Assembly (NCBI GenBank): GCA_000004985.1
Contig: GG739362.1
From: Naegleria gruberi
Taxonomy: Eukaryota
Length of the DNA: 1,636 nt
Reading direction: 5' to 3' (one strand)
Positions 1-1,636 of the stretch are shown here, one piece after another. The first letter of the stretch is position 1. Every line of letters starts with the position of its first letter. Made by a program: the position numbers and the translations under genes. The notes below the pieces were generated by a model. It worked only from the letters and a program-made list of their open reading frames with translations. It was not told the DNA's origin and ran no database searches.

Positions 1-1035
1 GACTTGATTCAAGAAATAAAGAATGTTGAATTTATTGACAGAATGCCAAAACCAGATTCAATATTTCTGGTTACTACTAATCAAAAGGATGATGAAGGAA
101 AACCAAGTATAATTTCTGACCTTGCTTTTGGCACACATCCATCCTCTTGGAAAACATTCGTACCACGAGTTGTCAAAGGTTACTCCTTTGGTACTCACAA
201 AACTTTAGAGTGTCGTGGTGTTTCCTATTGTACAACATGTAACAAAGGTGCTGAAGATGGTGAAGTTTACACTAAGAAATTCACCTTTTGTAGGAAGATG
301 GAGCCCATTACAGGCAAAGTGTGTAATACCAAGCTAGTGAAGTTGGGTGAGAAGTGTATGCATAGGGTAAGATGGTACAAAACAGCACCAGACGAAGGTG
401 GAAACATGATGAATCTGGTCATGTTTGAAAAGGCACATGCTCACAATACTGTTATTACAGGTAAATTCACCAAGAAGGCGGAACAACTAATTGAAGAACA
501 TGTGAAGAAGAACCCCAGAGTGAAAGCTTCACAATTAAAGAAAAGACGTTCTACAAATCTAGTTGCGAAAGATTGCTCTGCACTATTGAACAATGATGCG
601 GTAGCATCATTGGTAAGGAAGAAGAAGGATAAGCATTACGGGCAGAACAGGTTCAAGGATATGCCAGACCTTGCTAACGCCCTAACCGAGTCGTACCAAA
701 AAGAGCACAAAGATGATAAAAGAACCGTGCTTGGTACCATTACAAGGGAATTGGGGGTCTCAATTTATTTGAGAAAGTTTGGCAGTGTGAAAACATTTTT
801 GAAATGGTGGAAAGCAAGAATTGATATTCTAATCAATCCAAACGTGCGTGTAACTACTAATAACATCGCAGAATCGAACAATGCGCTGATTAGAATAGTG
901 ATAGAAGATGCTAATTTGTCAATTGAATTCAAAAACAGTTTTGAAGTTGATGTTTTAACCTTCGATTTGTTACTTTCTAAACAAGCGGGGTACTTCTTGG
1001 AGACTCAGCAACAAACAAGCGTTGTTAAACCGTAA
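1..1035 (+). CDS. 5'-partial ORF, probably the C-terminal part of a Mutator-like (MULE)/IS256-superfamily transposase-derived protein. It has a putative FAR1/WRKY-type zinc finger and a catalytic-E signature. The frame is open to the left window edge; the first in-frame ATG is at 43.
   Basis: There is an uninterrupted frame +1 of 345 codons with no stop from nt 1; the track lists it from the TTG at 4. Codon usage is yeast-like. A Cys/His pattern C96-x10-C107-x37-H145-x-H147 (nt 289-444) sits in a 'F.C...GkvC..klv....RWyk....f...HaHN' context that resembles the FAR1/WRKY-GCM1 zinc finger. The motif T-T-N-N-I-A-E-S-N-N-A-L-I-R (nt 853-894) fits the Mutator/IS256 consensus TxNxAESxNxxI[KR] around the catalytic glutamate. 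The ORF ends at TAA 1033-1035. Confidence 0.55.
   Translation, partial: DLIQEIKNVEFIDRMPKPDSIFLVTTNQKDDEGKPSIISDLAFGTHPSSWKTFVPRVVKGYSFGTHKTLECRGVSYCTTCNKGAEDGEVYTKKFTFCRKMEPITGKVCNTKLVKLGEKCMHRVRWYKTAPDEGGNMMNLVMFEKAHAHNTVITGKFTKKAEQLIEEHVKKNPRVKASQLKKRRSTNLVAKDCSALLNNDAVASLVRKKKDKHYGQNRFKDMPDLANALTESYQKEHKDDKRTVLGTITRELGVSIYLRKFGSVKTFLKWWKARIDILINPNVRVTTNNIAESNNALIRIVIEDANLSIEFKNSFEVDVLTFDLLLSKQAGYFLETQQQTSVVKP
289..444 (+). other. Putative FAR1/WRKY-GCM1-type C2H2-like zinc-finger DNA-binding module inside the frame +1 ORF
   Basis: Translation reads YTKKFTFC(96)RKMEPITGKVC(107)NTKLVKLGEKCMHRVRWYK...NLVMFEKAH(145)AH(147)N. It has a C-x10-C spacing followed by HxH, with a conserved-looking Trp/aromatic between the two ligand pairs. 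Confidence 0.35.
853..894 (+). other. Mutator/IS256-superfamily transposase signature around the putative catalytic glutamate (TTNNIAESNNALIR)
   Basis: The sequence act act aat aac atc gca gaa tcg aac aat gcg ctg att aga translates to TTNNIAESNNALIR. It is compared by eye to the TxNxAESxNxxI[KR] / 'TTNxIESxNxxIRR' motifs of MURA-like and IS256-like transposases. Confidence 0.4.
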
Positions 1036-1507
1036 AAAGTGGGCATACAACAATGACGGAGTGCCAAACTTAAACCAGGTGGATGAAGTTGGTGGTGAAA
1101 GTGTGGAAATTAATAATGATGAGGATTATTGTGAAAATAATAATGCTGTGGATGAGGATGAAGTGGATGATGAAGTGGATGATGAAGTAGATGAAGTAGA
1201 TGAAGAAGTGGATAATAATAGTGAGAATGATGATGAAGAGGAGGAAGGTGAGGAAGATGGGGATTATGTTGAAGAAGAGGAGGAAGAAAGAAGAAAGAAG
1301 AAAACAAAAGTTACTAAAAAGAAATGGAAGAATGTAACAAGAAGAAAGCAGGAGAAGAAAAATGAAGAAGAGGAAGGTGAAAGTAAAAATGAGAAGACAA
1401 AAATAAGTCATTTTAGAAGATGGAATGAAGATGTGAAGAGTTTAGGGAGTAAAAGAAAGAGGAATGTAGTAGATTATAAAAAGACTAATGGTGATGATAG
1501 TGAATAA
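1022..1507 (+). CDS. Frame +2 ORF with no ATG at all. It encodes an acidic (DEV)n/poly-Glu tract followed by a Lys/Arg-rich NLS-like tail. It is most likely the downstream, post-frameshift part of the preceding gene (a frameshift at the CCG-TAA-A stop would make effective coding start at 1034).
   Basis: Frame +2 is open from 959 to TGA 1505-1507. The translation contains no Met; the track's 'M' is a TTG. It overlaps the frame +1 ORF by 14 nt as listed, or 77 nt of mutually open frame. Composition is strongly biased: D/E 1151-1290, K/R 1289-1470. An AATAAA overlaps the stop and AT-rich 3' signals follow, which suggests a genuine gene 3' end. Confidence 0.45.
   Translation: MLNRKKWAYNNDGVPNLNQVDEVGGESVEINNDEDYCENNNAVDEDEVDDEVDDEVDEVDEEVDNNSENDDEEEEGEEDGDYVEEEEEERRKKKTKVTKKKWKNVTRRKQEKKNEEEEGESKNEKTKISHFRRWNEDVKSLGSKRKRNVVDYKKTNGDDSE
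1151..1213 (+). repeat. Imperfect in-frame tandem repeat (GAT GAR GTR)n, about 7 units of 9 nt. It encodes DEDEVDDEVDDEVDEVDEEVD.
   Basis: The unit is seen directly: gatgaggat gaagtggat gatgaagtggat gatgaagtagat gaagtagat gaagaagtggat. Confidence 0.65.
1225..1400 (+). repeat. Long polypurine (GAA/GAG/AAG-rich) low-complexity tract on the + strand. It encodes poly-Glu then a Lys/Arg-rich stretch, and includes a (GAA)n-like microsatellite at about 1266-1300.
   Basis: The + strand is almost purely purine across this span. The complementary pyrimidine strand produces the spurious F/L/I/P/H-rich minus-strand ORFs (1070-1411 and 1110-1307). Confidence 0.55.
1289..1330 (+). other. NLS-like basic cluster RRKKKTKVTKKKWK; a second basic patch KRKR lies near 1450-1470
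   Basis: This is the direct translation of frame +2. Clusters of at least 4 K/R in a row are typical of classical monopartite or bipartite nuclear localisation signals. Confidence 0.35.
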
Positions 1508-1600
1508 AGGGAAATATTATTTAATGGTTTCATCAGTTCTTGTTTAATACAACAAGAATAATAAAATGCTACAATTAAAGTATAAAAAATTTGTAAAAAT
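1503..1600 (+). promoter_or_regulatory. Putative yeast-type mRNA 3'-end formation region. AATAAA overlaps the TGA stop, followed by an A/T-rich tract with TATAAAAAA and AATAATAAAA elements.
   Basis: tgAATAAAg lies at 1503-1509, aataataaaa at about 1557-1566 and tataaaaaa at about 1581-1589. These match the efficiency/positioning-element style of budding-yeast 3' UTRs. This is a sequence-based guess only. Confidence 0.3.
1537..1558. other. Perfect 8-bp inverted repeat (ttcttgtt / aacaagaa) with a 6-nt loop (taatac). It is a potential stem-loop in the 3' UTR.
   Basis: Seen directly: 1537-1544 ttcttgtt, loop 1545-1550, and 1551-1558 aacaagaa is the exact reverse complement. Confidence 0.45.
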
Positions 1601-1636
1601 GCTAAAACTTCTCCAAGAATCGAACACGCGCTGTTG

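Noticed and set aside
1034-1038. Transcriptional slippage on the A5 run as the frame-shifting mechanism
   Set aside because: A run of five adenines is well below the length (at least about 9) at which RNA polymerase slippage is usually efficient. If this run is relevant, a ribosomal event or a genomic indel is more plausible.
959-1060. A spliceosomal intron joining the two frames
   Set aside because: There is no GTATGT-like 5' splice site and no TACTAAC branch point with a downstream AG in or near the overlap. The tactaat/tactaaa strings at about 73 and about 1313 are in coding context with no matching 5' splice site.
1070-1411. Minus-strand ORFs of 113 aa (1070-1411) and 65 aa (1110-1307)
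   Set aside because: They are translations of the pyrimidine strand opposite a polypurine coding tract. The products are extreme low-complexity (poly F/L/I and P/H-rich). No independent coding signal is present. They are artefacts of the strand composition.
531-1580. 10-mer direct repeat acaattaaag at 531-540 and 1571-1580
   Set aside because: This is a single short AT-rich match in a 1.6-kb AT-rich window with no extended similarity around it. It is consistent with chance.
1601-1636. tRNA-like T-arm signature (gaatcgaac ~ reverse complement of GTTCGATTC) at the right window edge, suggesting a minus-strand tRNA gene
   Set aside because: When folded as a T-arm (stem gcgtg / cttgg around loop TTCGATT), the 52-62 and 49-65 positions are mismatched. 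Only a G53-C61 pair, a C-G pair and a G-U pair form. The putative acceptor strand is not convincing, and the window ends before any D-arm or anticodon could be checked. This is probably chance.
1-1636. Terminal inverted repeats of a transposon between the two window ends (gacttgattcaagaa… vs …ccaagaatcgaaca)
   Set aside because: Only a 5-6-nt gattc/gaatc reverse-complement coincidence exists. The window starts inside the ORF, so the true element ends, if any, must lie outside it.

Overview
The window looks like an AT-rich, yeast-like (hemiascomycete-type codon usage: TTG Leu, AGA Arg) protein-coding region read left to right on the + strand. Frame +1 is open from the window edge to a TAA at 1033-1035, so the gene is probably 5'-truncated by the window. 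Its product looks transposase-derived: a FAR1/WRKY-like C...C...HxH zinc-finger signature sits upstream of a Mutator/IS256-type catalytic-glutamate motif (TTNNIAESNNALIR). Frame +2 is open from 959 to a TGA at 1505-1507 and overlaps the end of the first frame. It has no ATG anywhere. It encodes an acidic (DEV)n/poly-E tract followed by a lysine/arginine-rich NLS-like tail, and is followed by yeast-type 3'-end signals. The two frames are therefore most likely one gene joined by a +1 frame change near 1020-1036. That change is either a programmed +1 ribosomal frameshift at CCG-UAA-A or a frameshift mutation/sequencing indel that has split a transposase-derived gene. The two minus-strand ORFs in the track are artefacts of the polypurine coding strand. 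No rRNA, tRNA or CRISPR is evident. All family assignments are from motif recognition by eye and need HMM or BLAST confirmation.
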